Origin: Acidimicrobiales bacterium
Lineage (GTDB): Bacteria; Actinomycetota; Acidimicrobiia; Acidimicrobiales; JAUJNH01
NCBI GenBank assembly: GCA_038253125.1
Contig: JBBSHM010000005.1
Span: 56-64,055, forward strand
DNA length: 64,000 nucleotides
Direction of reading: 5' to 3'
Below the pieces are notes generated by a model. That model was not told where the DNA came from. It saw nothing but the letters and a program-made list of their open reading frames with translations, and searched no databases. The first letter of the stretch is position 1; the number at the start of each line of letters is the position of its first letter. The translations under genes and the position numbers were made by a program. This document shows, one piece after another, positions 45,137 through 54,635 of the stretch.

Positions 45137-45922
45137 ATGGCTAGGCGACTCGAAGACAAGCCCCGGCTCAGCCCGAGCCAGCGCCTCAGCCAGACCTGGG
45201 GCAAGGTCCAGGGCGGCCAGGTGTGGAACTCGATCTTCCGACCCGGCTCGATCTTCCGCAAGGGCTATACGGACAGCCCGAGGAACCGGTCCTACGTCGT
45301 CATGAACTCGGTGCTGTACCACCTGCACCCAGTCAAGGTGAAGCGCCACGCCGTCAAGGTCAGCTACACGCTGTGCCTCGGCGGCCTCTCGTTCTTCCTC
45401 TTCATCATCCTCACGGTCACCGGCATCTTCCTGATGTTCTTCTACCGGCCGACCGACGTCCAGGCCTGGAACGACATCAGAGCGCTCCACACCTCGGTCA
45501 CCTTCGGTCTGCTGGTGCGGAACATGCACCGCTGGGGCGCCCACCTCATGGTGATCAGCGTGTTCCTGCACATGGCGAGGGTCTTCTACCACGGCGCCTA
45601 CAAGGCCCCGCGGGAGTTCAACTGGGTCATCGGCGTCATCCTGCTGACCCTGACCCTGCTGCTGTCCTTCACCGGCTACCTGCTGCCGTGGGACCAGCTG
45701 GCGCTGTGGGCGGTGACGGTGGGCACCAACATGATCGGGTACTCGCCGGTTGTCGGCTCGCAGGTCCGCTTCGTGCTGCTGGGCGGCGTTGAGATCGGGC
45801 CTGAGACGCTGCTTCGATGGTACGTCCTGCATGTGCTGATGTTCCCGTTCGTGATCGTCATCTTCATGGCGGTGCACTTCTGGCGTGTCCGCAAGGACGG
45901 CGGGATCTCGGGGCCCCTGTGA
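45137..45922 (+). CDS. cytochrome b, N-terminal (b6-like) subunit
   Basis: The track ORF was trimmed to MARRLEDK. Contains RNMHRWGAHLMVISVFLHM (heme-ligand His pairs), SFTGYLLPWDQLALWA and HFWRVRKDGGISGP. Confidence 0.9.
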   Translation: MARRLEDKPRLSPSQRLSQTWGKVQGGQVWNSIFRPGSIFRKGYTDSPRNRSYVVMNSVLYHLHPVKVKRHAVKVSYTLCLGGLSFFLFIILTVTGIFLMFFYRPTDVQAWNDIRALHTSVTFGLLVRNMHRWGAHLMVISVFLHMARVFYHGAYKAPREFNWVIGVILLTLTLLLSFTGYLLPWDQLALWAVTVGTNMIGYSPVVGSQVRFVLLGGVEIGPETLLRWYVLHVLMFPFVIVIFMAVHFWRVRKDGGISGPL

Positions 45923-45976
45923 GCGGACTGGACGAGAGCGGACTGAACGAGGCAGTGAACGAGAGGAGCGACATCC

Positions 45977-46672
45977 ATGGGTGACATCCCCGAACACCTG
46001 ATGAAGCGGGCGCAGGCTGCTCGCGAGGCGGCGCTGGCCAAGAAGAGCGGTGGCGCGGAAGAGGGCGGGGCCGCCCCGAAGGACACCGGCTCGTCGGTGG
46101 CCACGGCCGAGAGGCCGGCCGCCGCCGAGGCGATTCGGCCCGCCGCCCCGCCGCCCTCGGTCGGGGCCACCGGGCACACCCAGCGGCTCCTCACCGTCGT
46201 CAAGGCCGGCTCGATCCAAGACGTCAAGGCCATCCCCACCGACAAGGTGCACGTCTGGCCCCATCTGCTGCTGGTCGAGTTCTGCGCGTCGTTGGCCATG
46301 ACCGGCTTCCTTCTGGTCTTCTCCACCTTTGTGAACGCCCCACTCCTGGGGGCCGCCAACTACAACCTCACCCCGAACCCCTCAAAGGCGCCCTGGTACT
46401 TCCTGGGCCTGCAGGAGCTGCTGAAGATGTTCCACCCGATGGTGGCCGGCGTGGCCATCCCGGGCGTCGGCATGGCCGGCCTGGCCGTCGCCGGCTACAT
46501 CGACAAGAACCCGTCGAACAAGCCGGAGGACCGCAAGTTCGCCATCGCCCTGTTCACCTTCTTCATCATGTTCTGGGCCACGCTCGTCATCATCGGATCC
46601 TTCTTCCGAGGCGAGGGCTTCAACTTCATCCTCCCGTGGCGCCAAGGCGTCCACCACATCTTCGACCTCTAA
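45977..46672 (+). CDS. cytochrome b C-terminal (subunit IV-like) protein with ~85-aa N-terminal extension
   Basis: 231 aa. KAPWYFLGLQELL corresponds to the PEWY/Qo-site motif region. Three TM segments. The extension begins MGDIPEHLMKRAQ. Confidence 0.85.
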   Translation: MGDIPEHLMKRAQAAREAALAKKSGGAEEGGAAPKDTGSSVATAERPAAAEAIRPAAPPPSVGATGHTQRLLTVVKAGSIQDVKAIPTDKVHVWPHLLLVEFCASLAMTGFLLVFSTFVNAPLLGAANYNLTPNPSKAPWYFLGLQELLKMFHPMVAGVAIPGVGMAGLAVAGYIDKNPSNKPEDRKFAIALFTFFIMFWATLVIIGSFFRGEGFNFILPWRQGVHHIFDL

Positions 46673-46685
46673 GGGGCTCTGGAGC

Positions 46686-47531
46686 GTGCTCTTCGTCGTC
46701 GCTGTCATCGTCGTAGCCGTGCTCGTCGCGGTGTTCCTCGGCGTCACCTTCGCCCGCCGCGACCGCGAGCGGGCCACCGGTCACGTGAGTCGCGAGACGG
46801 CCCGGCGCGACAAGCCGAACGCGGCCATGGGTGGCGCCGCCGAGGACGAGCAGGGCATCAGCGGACGCCAGGTCGAGCGCAGCGCCGCCCTGGCCCGCCG
46901 CGGCGGTGACCTGGCGTTGGCGCCGCCCGCCCCGGTGGCGCTTCGCGAACCGCTCGACGCCGACGCCTTTGGCGTCACCCGTCGCCAGTTCCTGAACCGT
47001 AGCGTCGGCGGGATGTTCGCCTTCGCCCTGTCCGGCTTCGGGGCCGCCTGCATCGCCTTCCTGTGGCCTTCGCTGAAGGGCGGCTTCGGCTCGAAGATCA
47101 CCGTCGGGCCCCTTTCCGAGACCCTCGAAAAGATGAGCACCACCAAGGCGCCGGTGTACATCCCCGAGGGCCGTTTCTACATCAACCCCTACCCGAAGTC
47201 GGCCTTGGCCAAGGCCAAGAGCGTGGCCTCCTACTCGGCGGTCCTCCCGGGCTATGAGAAGGGGGTCGTGGCCCTGTACCAGAAGTGCGTGCACCTCGGC
47301 TGCCGGGTGCCGTGGTGCGCCAGTTCGCAGTGGTTCGAGTGCCCGTGCCACGGGTCGCAGTACAGCCGGGTGGGCGAGAAGAAGGGCGGTCCGGCGCCCC
47401 GCGGTCTCGACCGCTTCGCCGTCACGGTCGACGGAGGGGTCATCACCGTCGACACCGCCACGGTCGTCATCGGGCCGCCCATCGGCACCGACACCACGGG
47501 TCAGCAGGTCGAGGGGCCGCACTGCGTATGA
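46686..47531 (+). CDS. Rieske [2Fe-2S] subunit
   Basis: 281 aa with an N-terminal TM segment. Cluster boxes CVHLGCRV and CPCHGSQY. Confidence 0.9.
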   Translation: MLFVVAVIVVAVLVAVFLGVTFARRDRERATGHVSRETARRDKPNAAMGGAAEDEQGISGRQVERSAALARRGGDLALAPPAPVALREPLDADAFGVTRRQFLNRSVGGMFAFALSGFGAACIAFLWPSLKGGFGSKITVGPLSETLEKMSTTKAPVYIPEGRFYINPYPKSALAKAKSVASYSAVLPGYEKGVVALYQKCVHLGCRVPWCASSQWFECPCHGSQYSRVGEKKGGPAPRGLDRFAVTVDGGVITVDTATVVIGPPIGTDTTGQQVEGPHCV

Positions 47532-48577
47532 TGATCCTGGCTGCGTTCTCCACCCAGCAGAAGGTGGGGGTGGTGATAGGAGCGGTCCTCATACTGGGCT
47601 GGCTCGGCTACCTGATCACCAACCTCATGAAGGCGGGTGCCCCGCCCGGCTCGGAGATCGAGCTGGCGCCGAACCGCAAGCCGTACTTCGACGACGACAA
47701 GCTTGAGACCAAGAAGCTCGACGCCGCCCTCGGCGTGGCCCTCCTGCTCACCGCCGTCAGCGCCGTTGGCCTGCCCGCCTACTGGGTGCGCGAGGCCGGG
47801 CGCCAGACCAACGCCGTCAAGGGCTTCGACAACCGGGCCGTCGAACGGGGCCACGGGCTGTTCCAGCCCACCGACTCGCCGCTGGAGGGCGCCCACTTCG
47901 GCTGTGCCACCTGCCACGGCGCCGACGGCGGCGGCGGCGTCACCAAGTACACGATCACCGACTTCCTGGGCCGCACCGAGCAGGTCACCTGGGCGGCACC
48001 GGCCATCAACACCGTCGCCTTCCGCTATACCACCACCCAGATCCGCCAGACCCTGGTGTACGGCCGGGCGGGCACGCCCATGCCGGCGTGGGGCACCAAG
48101 GGCGGCGGTCCGATGAACGACCAGCAGATCGACGACCTCGTGGCCTTCCTGCAGCGGCCGGCCACGGACAAGGGTCTGAAGATCAGCCAGGACGCCGCCC
48201 AGGAGCAGGCCCGCAAGAACGCCGAGGGCGAGGCCCGCAAGGCCGGCCGGCTTGACGGGTCGGGGGCACCCATCGTCGATGGTGAGAGCCTGTTCAACGG
48301 CAACTGCGCCCGCTGCCACACCCGGGGCTTCAGCTTCAACCGGCCCGAGGTGTCCGGCGGGGGCCGCTACGGCCCCAGCCTGCGCGGCGGCTCCACCGTC
48401 CGCCAGTTCCCGAAGGTCGAGGACATGATCAAGTTCATCAGGGAGAGCGCGGCGTACGGCATCGCCTACGGCCAAGGCGGCATCGGTCACGACGCCGGTG
48501 GCGGCATGCCCCACTTTGGTGAGGTCCTGAGCGACGCCGACATCCAGGCCATCATCGACTACGAGCGGTCGCTGTAG
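47528..48577 (+). CDS. membrane-anchored diheme c-type cytochrome
   Basis: The track ORF was trimmed to MMILAAF, where the ATGA overlaps the Rieske stop. Two TM segments and two heme motifs, CATCH and CARCH. Confidence 0.85.
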   Translation: MMILAAFSTQQKVGVVIGAVLILGWLGYLITNLMKAGAPPGSEIELAPNRKPYFDDDKLETKKLDAALGVALLLTAVSAVGLPAYWVREAGRQTNAVKGFDNRAVERGHGLFQPTDSPLEGAHFGCATCHGADGGGGVTKYTITDFLGRTEQVTWAAPAINTVAFRYTTTQIRQTLVYGRAGTPMPAWGTKGGGPMNDQQIDDLVAFLQRPATDKGLKISQDAAQEQARKNAEGEARKAGRLDGSGAPIVDGESLFNGNCARCHTRGFSFNRPEVSGGGRYGPSLRGGSTVRQFPKVEDMIKFIRESAAYGIAYGQGGIGHDAGGGMPHFGEVLSDADIQAIIDYERSL

Positions 48578-48579
48578 CC

Positions 48580-49464
48580 ATGGGCGCCCTTGCCGCCAAC
48601 GCCCACCTGCTGGCCGGGTTCTCCTGGGACCCCCAGATCCGGGGCATCGTCATCGTCCTGTTCGCCATCACGGTCCTGCCCGGCAGCGTCTTCCTCATCA
48701 CCAGCACCAACGTGGGCGCCAGGCTCGGCTTCCTCATCACCGTCGCCGGGCTCTCCGGCTTCTGCACCATGCTCGGGCTCCTGTGGACCCTGAACGCCGG
48801 CGGCCTGGTCGGCCGGCAGCCGACCTGGAAGCCGGCGGAGCTCGCCATCGGCCCGCCGGGAGCTTCCCTCAGCAACGGCACCGGCGGGCTGCCCGACCAG
48901 ATCGGCAAGCCACCCACCAACGGCTGGCGCGAGCTGCCGCTGGGGGATCCGATCCGGGGCGACGCCACCGCCGCCGCCGACAAGCTCCTGGCCCCGGACA
49001 ACTCCAAGGTCCCCGCGGGCCAGACGAAGAAGCCTCCCCGCTTCCAGCCCCCCTTCAACGCGTCTACCGAGTTCGTCCAGGTGGCGGCCTACCAGCAAGG
49101 CGGCCGTGACAGCGGCGTTTGGTTCCGCATCCGCAACCACCGCTTCTTCAAACAAGACAGCTGGTACAACCCGGTGGGCTGGTTCCGGGCCCCGGCGAAC
49201 CGGGTGGTCATCACCGTTGAGAAGACGGCGCCGAAGCTGAACAAGGAGGACATCACCGAGCTGCCCCGGCCCGACCTGTCCCAGGCGCCCGTCACCCTGG
49301 TGTTGGTGCGCGACCGCGGGTCGCTGCGCTTCCCGCCCGTGATGTTCGCCCTGTTCTGGTTCATCATCTTTGTTGTGACCACATCGTCGCTGCACCAGCG
49401 TGACAAGGAGATCATGGCCAGGCGGGCCGGCGGGGCGCCCCAGCGGGCCCCCGCCCGGGCCTAG
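48580..49464 (+). CDS. hypothetical membrane protein, last gene of the Rieske/cytochrome b operon
   Basis: 294 aa. Starts 2 nt after the cytochrome c stop and ends 11 nt before nuoA. Three TM segments flank a ~170-aa soluble loop. I recognise no family. Confidence 0.55.
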   Translation: MGALAANAHLLAGFSWDPQIRGIVIVLFAITVLPGSVFLITSTNVGARLGFLITVAGLSGFCTMLGLLWTLNAGGLVGRQPTWKPAELAIGPPGASLSNGTGGLPDQIGKPPTNGWRELPLGDPIRGDATAAADKLLAPDNSKVPAGQTKKPPRFQPPFNASTEFVQVAAYQQGGRDSGVWFRIRNHRFFKQDSWYNPVGWFRAPANRVVITVEKTAPKLNKEDITELPRPDLSQAPVTLVLVRDRGSLRFPPVMFALFWFIIFVVTTSSLHQRDKEIMARRAGGAPQRAPARA

Positions 49465-49475
49465 GGTCACGGGCC

Positions 49476-49928
49476 GTGGACGGCTTCCTGCCCGTGGTCA
49501 TCATGGTCGGCCTCGGCATGGTGTTCGCCGCCTCGGCCGCCTTCCTGCCCGGGCTCCTCGCCGTCCGCCGCCCCACCCTGGCCAAGGTGGCTCCCTATGA
49601 GTGCGGCATCGTGCCCTCGCGCCAGCCGGCCGAGCGCTTCCCCGTCCGGTTCTACCTGATCGCCATGATCTTCATCATCTTCGACATCGAGATCATCTTC
49701 CTCTACCCGTGGGCCGTCATCTTCGACCGGCTCGGCACCTTCGGCCTGGTGGAGATGGTGGTCTTCGCCCTCGCTGTCTTTGTGTCGTTCGGGTACCTGC
49801 TGTCCAACGGCGCCCTCGACTGGGGACCCGTGAAGGCGAGCGTGTCGGTGGCCCCCGGAACGGTCGGCGAGGCCCGCACCAGCCGCACCACCGTCCGCAA
49901 GGTGAGCCGGTCCGACCGCGCCGCCTGA
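49476..49928 (+). CDS. nuoA: NADH-quinone oxidoreductase subunit A
   Basis: YECGIVP and FDIEIIFLYPWAV. Confidence 0.9.
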   Translation: MDGFLPVVIMVGLGMVFAASAAFLPGLLAVRRPTLAKVAPYECGIVPSRQPAERFPVRFYLIAMIFIIFDIEIIFLYPWAVIFDRLGTFGLVEMVVFALAVFVSFGYLLSNGALDWGPVKASVSVAPGTVGEARTSRTTVRKVSRSDRAA

Positions 49929-49981
49929 GGGGCTGACGGTGTTTCGTCCCGACGCGACCCGTCGCGCCTAGCCTCCGGAGC

Positions 49982-50584
49982 GTGGGCATCGAGCAGCTGA
50001 ACCACAACTTCCTCACCGGGAACCTCGAGAACGTGGTGAACTGGTCGCGGGCCCGCAGCATGTGGCCGGCCACCTTCGGGCTGGCTTGCTGCGCCATCGA
50101 GATGATGGCCACCGGGGCCGCCAACTACGACCTCGGCCGGTTCGGCATGGAGGTCTTCCGGGCGTCGCCCCGCCAGGCCGACCTGATGATCGTGGCCGGC
50201 CGGGTCAGCCAGAAGATGGCACCGGTCCTGCGCCAGGTGTACGACCAGATGATGGAGCCCAAGTGGGTCATCTCGATGGGCGTGTGCGCCAGCACCGGTG
50301 GGATGTTCAACAACTACGCCATCGTGCAGGGCGTCGACCAGATCGTGCCGGTCGATGTCTACGCCCCCGGCTGCCCGCCCGGTCCCGAGACGCTTCTCCA
50401 CGCCATCATCACCCTCCACGCCAAGATCCAGGACGGTGAGATCGTGCAGCGGCGGGCCGCCACCGGCCGCGGCGCCGGGCTGCAGCTGGAGCCGCCGACA
50501 ACCCCCCGGGCTCGGGCTCAGGACGATGCCGCCGTGAAGCTGCTGTCCCCGGCCGGCGCCGCCGCCAAGGGTAGGGCCAGATGA
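49982..50584 (+). CDS. nuoB: NADH-quinone oxidoreductase subunit B
   Basis: [24 protein letters not shown] and DVYAPGCPP (N2 cluster Cys). Confidence 0.95.
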   Translation: MGIEQLNHNFLTGNLENVVNWSRARSMWPATFGLACCAIEMMATGAANYDLGRFGMEVFRASPRQADLMIVAGRVSQKMAPVLRQVYDQMMEPKWVISMGVCASTGGMFNNYAIVQGVDQIVPVDVYAPGCPPGPETLLHAIITLHAKIQDGEIVQRRAATGRGAGLQLEPPTTPRARAQDDAAVKLLSPAGAAAKGRAR

Positions 50585-51105
50585 GCGCGGCGCCCGACCC
50601 GGCACCGGCCGGAGACCCAAAGCCCGAACCGCTCACGGTTCACGGCCTCCCCGCCGTCGAGGTGCGGGGCCGCATGGTCGTGCACACCGACGTGGCCCGC
50701 TACCTGGGGCTGCTCTCGGCGCTGCACGCCGACGGCTACCTCTTCTGCGCCGACCTGTGCGCCGTGGACCAGCTCGCCAACACCGACCGTAGGTTGCCCG
50801 AGGGGATCGACCCTCAGCGCTTCGAGGTGGTCGTGACCGTGCGCGACCTCGTCCACCACCGGCACCTGCGGGTGCGGTGCCAGGTGCCCGAGGCGGACAC
50901 CCGGGTCCCGACCGCCTTCCAGCTGTGGCCCGGCACCGAGGCGATGGAGCGCGAGGCCTATGACCTCATGGGCATCGTGTTCGACGACCACCCCGACCTG
51001 ACCCGAATCCTGCTGCCGGATGACTGGGAGGGCCACCCCCTGCGCAAGGACCTGGCCCCCGGCCGGGTGCCCGTCCAGTTCCGCGCCGCGCCGAGCACCA
51101 GGTAG
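50581..51105 (+). CDS. nuoC: NADH-quinone oxidoreductase subunit C
   Basis: [25 protein letters not shown] and LRKD. Confidence 0.9.
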   Translation: MSAAPDPAPAGDPKPEPLTVHGLPAVEVRGRMVVHTDVARYLGLLSALHADGYLFCADLCAVDQLANTDRRLPEGIDPQRFEVVVTVRDLVHHRHLRVRCQVPEADTRVPTAFQLWPGTEAMEREAYDLMGIVFDDHPDLTRILLPDDWEGHPLRKDLAPGRVPVQFRAAPSTR

Positions 51106-51113
51106 GCGCAGCC

Positions 51114-52469
51114 TTGGCCACGACCCCGATAGTGCATCTGGCAACCGACGCCACCACGGTGACAACCGACCTCGACCCGTCCCAGGAGATGCACCGGCGG
51201 GACGACACCGACTCCCTCGAGCTGCTGCGCGAGACCGGCGCCGCCCTGCGCCTGCCCGAGGGGATCACCCTCGACCCCGGCGACATGGTCACCGAGGTGG
51301 GCGAGGACGAGACGATGATCATCAACATGGGTCCGCAGCACCCCAGCACCCACGGCGTCCTGCGCCTCATGCTCGAGCTCGACGGCGAGACGGTGCTGCG
51401 CACCAAGCCGGTCATCGGCTACCTCCACACCGGTATGGAGCGCACGGGCGAGGACCTGATGTACGTCCAGGGCGGCACGAACGTCACCCGCATGGACTAC
51501 CTGGCGCCGCTGTTCAACGAGAGCGTGTTCGCCATGGCCGTCGAGGAGCTGCTCGGTGTCGAGCTGCCGCCCCGGGCCGTGTGGATCCGGATGCTGATGA
51601 TGGAGCTGAACCGGGTGTCCAGCCACCTTTTGTTCATGGCCACCAACGGCATGGATCTCGGCGCCGTCTCGATGATGATCTACGGCTGGCGCGAGCGCGA
51701 GCTGGTGCTGTCGTTCTTCGAGAAGGTCACCGGTCTGCGGATGAACCACAACTTCATCCGGCCCGGTGGCTCGGCCGCCGACCTGCCGGCCGGGTGGCAG
51801 GCCGATGTTCTGGAGCTGTGCAAGGTCCTGCCGCCCCGGCTCGACGAGTACGACGTGCTGCTCACCGGCCAGCCGATCTTCACCAGGCGCACCCAGGGCG
51901 TCGGGGTCATCACGCCCGAGCAGGCCATCGCCATGTCCGCCAGCGGCCCGCTGCTGCGCTCGACCGGCATCGACTGGGACCTCCGCCGTGACGCCCCCTA
52001 CCTGTTCTACGACCAGGTCGAGTTCGACGTGATCGTCGGCACCTACGGCGACTCGTTCGACCGCTACGCCATCCGCCTGGAGGAGATCCGCCAGAGCCTG
52101 CACATCGTCGAGCAGATCGTCGACCTGATGCCGATGGGCGACTACCGGGTGCAGGACAAGAAGGTCACCCCCCCGCCCCGCAGCCGCATCGATGAGTCCA
52201 TGGAAGCCCTGATCCACCACTTCAAGCTGTTCACCGAGGGGTTCAAGGTGCCCGAGGGCGAGACCTACGTGGCCGTCGAGTCGCCCCGGGGCGAGCTGGG
52301 CTGCTACCTCGTGGCCGATGGGGGACCTAAGCCGTACCGCCTGCACATCCGGGGGCCCAGCTTCGTGAACCTCCAGAGCCTGCCGGTTATGCTCCGCGGC
52401 GGGCTGATGGCTGACGCCGTGGCCGTCATCAGCTCGATCGACCCCGTCATGGGCGAGGTCGACAGATGA
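51114..52469 (+). CDS. nuoD: NADH-quinone oxidoreductase subunit D
   Basis: NMGPQHPSTHGVLRL, YLHTGMER and IRGPSF. Has an N-terminal extension of about 40 aa, so the start is uncertain. Confidence 0.9.
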   Translation: MATTPIVHLATDATTVTTDLDPSQEMHRRDDTDSLELLRETGAALRLPEGITLDPGDMVTEVGEDETMIINMGPQHPSTHGVLRLMLELDGETVLRTKPVIGYLHTGMERTGEDLMYVQGGTNVTRMDYLAPLFNESVFAMAVEELLGVELPPRAVWIRMLMMELNRVSSHLLFMATNGMDLGAVSMMIYGWRERELVLSFFEKVTGLRMNHNFIRPGGSAADLPAGWQADVLELCKVLPPRLDEYDVLLTGQPIFTRRTQGVGVITPEQAIAMSASGPLLRSTGIDWDLRRDAPYLFYDQVEFDVIVGTYGDSFDRYAIRLEEIRQSLHIVEQIVDLMPMGDYRVQDKKVTPPPRSRIDESMEALIHHFKLFTEGFKVPEGETYVAVESPRGELGCYLVADGGPKPYRLHIRGPSFVNLQSLPVMLRGGLMADAVAVISSIDPVMGEVDR

Positions 52470-52482
52470 GCGGAGCGGGCCG

Positions 52483-53280
52483 GTGAGCAGGCTGGCGCCG
52501 GAGTTCGAGAAGCGGGCCACCGACCTGATGGCCCTCTACCCGCAGCGGCGCAGCGCCCTGCTGCCCCTCCTGCACGTTCTGCAGGAGCAGGACGGCCACC
52601 TGAGCAACGACGGCATGGAGCACGTGGCCGAGCTGGTGGGCCTGATGCCGGCCGAGGTGCTCTCGGTAGCCAGCTTCTACGACATGTTCCACACCGAGCC
52701 CGTCGGCCGCTACCTGATCGGCATCTGCACGAACATCGCCTGCATGCTGGAGGGGGCCGAAGAGCTGCTGCACCACGCCGAGCAGCGTCTGGCCGTGAAG
52801 CACGGGGCCACCACGCCCGACGGGCTGTTCACCCTTGAAGAGGTCGAGTGCGTGGCCCACTGCGACAAGGCGCCCTGTGCCCAGGTGAACTACCGCTACT
52901 TCGGCCCGCTCGCCGAAGAGTCGTTCGACGCCCTCGTCGACGACCTCTCGGCCGGCAGGCTGAAGGACGAGGTCCCGCCCCATGGCACGCTCATCCGGGT
53001 GCGGCGCGAGGGTGGGCTGCGGGTACACCCCCAGCGCATTATCGAGGAGCGGGCCATCGTGGCCGGCCAGATCGCCGATCGGGCCGCGGGCGAGGCGGCG
53101 GCGAAGAAGGCCCTCGAGGAAGCTGACGCCAAGCGCAAGTCCGACGAGGAGGCGGCGAAGGCCGAGGCGCTGGGCCGGGCCGACGAGGGCCAGGACGCCG
53201 AGAGCGGGGCCAAGGCCGCCACCCCGGCCGGCTCCGCCGACGTCGAGGAGAAGGCCGGCCAGAAGGAGAAGGGCAGCTGA
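52483..53280 (+). CDS. nuoE: NADH-quinone oxidoreductase subunit E
   Basis: 2Fe-2S Cys pattern: ICTNIACM...VECVAHCDKAPC. Charged C-terminal extension. Confidence 0.9.
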   Translation: MSRLAPEFEKRATDLMALYPQRRSALLPLLHVLQEQDGHLSNDGMEHVAELVGLMPAEVLSVASFYDMFHTEPVGRYLIGICTNIACMLEGAEELLHHAEQRLAVKHGATTPDGLFTLEEVECVAHCDKAPCAQVNYRYFGPLAEESFDALVDDLSAGRLKDEVPPHGTLIRVRREGGLRVHPQRIIEERAIVAGQIADRAAGEAAAKKALEEADAKRKSDEEAAKAEALGRADEGQDAESGAKAATPAGSADVEEKAGQKEKGS

Positions 53281-54635
53281 TGGCCATCGCCACCGTCCCC
53301 CGCATCGTCACCAGCCGCATCGGAAGCTACGACGACAGCCACACCATCGACCGCTTCCTGGCCACCGGGGGCTACGACGGGCTGCGCAAAGCGCTCACGA
53401 TGACCCCCGAGCAGGTCCAGGGCGAGGTGCTCAAGTCGAACCTGCTCGGCCGGGGCGGCGCCGGCTTCGAAGCCGGCAAGAAGTGGTCGATGATGCGCAA
53501 GGCCCCCACCCGCTACCTCGTCATCAACGGCGACGAGAGCGAGCCGGCCACGTTCAAGGACCACATGCTGGTCGAGGGCGACCCCAACCAGCTGGTCGAG
53601 GGCACGATCATAAGCGCCTACGCCGTCCAGGCCTGCCAGGCCTTCATCTACCTGCGCGGCGAGTTCGCCCTGGGCCTGGAGCGGGTGCAGCAGGCCGTCA
53701 ACGACGCCTACAGGAACTCAGCGCTGGGCGAGGACATCTTTGGGTCAGGCTTCAGCCTCGACATTGTGGTCCAGCCCGGGGCCGGCGCCTACATCTGCGG
53801 TGAGGAGACGGCGCTGCTCGAGAGCCTCGAAGGCCGGCGGGGGATGCCGCGGATCAAGCCGCCCTACTTCCCGGCGGCCATGGGCCTGTACGGCGAACCG
53901 ACCATCGTCAACAACGTCGAGACGATGGCCAACATGCCGTGGATCGTCTCCAACGGCAGCGCCGCCTTCGCTGCCCTGGGCGCCGGCCGCAGCACGGGCA
54001 CCCGGATCTTCGCCCTGTCGGGCCACGTGAACAGGCCGGCCAACTACGAGGTGGAGATGGTCAAGACCACCTTCCGCGACCTCATCTACAACGAGGCCCT
54101 CGGTGGCGGCGTGCGGGGCGGCAAGGAGCTGAAGTGCTTCGTGCCCGGCGGGGCCAGCGCCCCGTGGTTCGGGCCCCAGCACCTCGACCTGCCCCTCGGC
54201 CAGGACGAGGTGGGCCACTCGAACGGCGTGCTGCCCGGCGGCGGCGGATCGATGCTGGGCTCCGGCTCGATCGTGGTGATGGACGAGAACACCGACGTGG
54301 TGCGGGCGGCGTGGCGCCTGGCCCGGTTCTTCGCCCGCGAGTCGTGCGGCAAGTGCACCCCGTGCCGGGAGGGCACGTCGTGGCTGGACAAGGTCATGAA
54401 GCGCATCGTCGATGGTCACGGCAGCCCCGGTGACCTCGACCTGCTGCGTGACGTGTGCGACAACATCGCACCGGGGCTGGCCTTCCCGTACGCCATGACC
54501 ACCATCTGCTTCCTGGGTCCGTCGGCGGCCATGCCGATCATGAGCGCGCTCACCATGTTCCCCGAGGAGTTCGAGCGCCGGGTCGGCGCTGCTCCCCTCC
54601 GCGCTCCCGTCGGAGCGGGAAGAATGGCCCCCTGA
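53280..54635 (+). CDS. nuoF: NADH-quinone oxidoreductase subunit F
   Basis: GRGGAGFEAGKKW (FMN/NADH site), GAGAYICGEETAL and ESCGKCTPCREG. Confidence 0.95.
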   Translation: MAIATVPRIVTSRIGSYDDSHTIDRFLATGGYDGLRKALTMTPEQVQGEVLKSNLLGRGGAGFEAGKKWSMMRKAPTRYLVINGDESEPATFKDHMLVEGDPNQLVEGTIISAYAVQACQAFIYLRGEFALGLERVQQAVNDAYRNSALGEDIFGSGFSLDIVVQPGAGAYICGEETALLESLEGRRGMPRIKPPYFPAAMGLYGEPTIVNNVETMANMPWIVSNGSAAFAALGAGRSTGTRIFALSGHVNRPANYEVEMVKTTFRDLIYNEALGGGVRGGKELKCFVPGGASAPWFGPQHLDLPLGQDEVGHSNGVLPGGGGSMLGSGSIVVMDENTDVVRAAWRLARFFARESCGKCTPCREGTSWLDKVMKRIVDGHGSPGDLDLLRDVCDNIAPGLAFPYAMTTICFLGPSAAMPIMSALTMFPEEFERRVGAAPLRAPVGAGRMAP

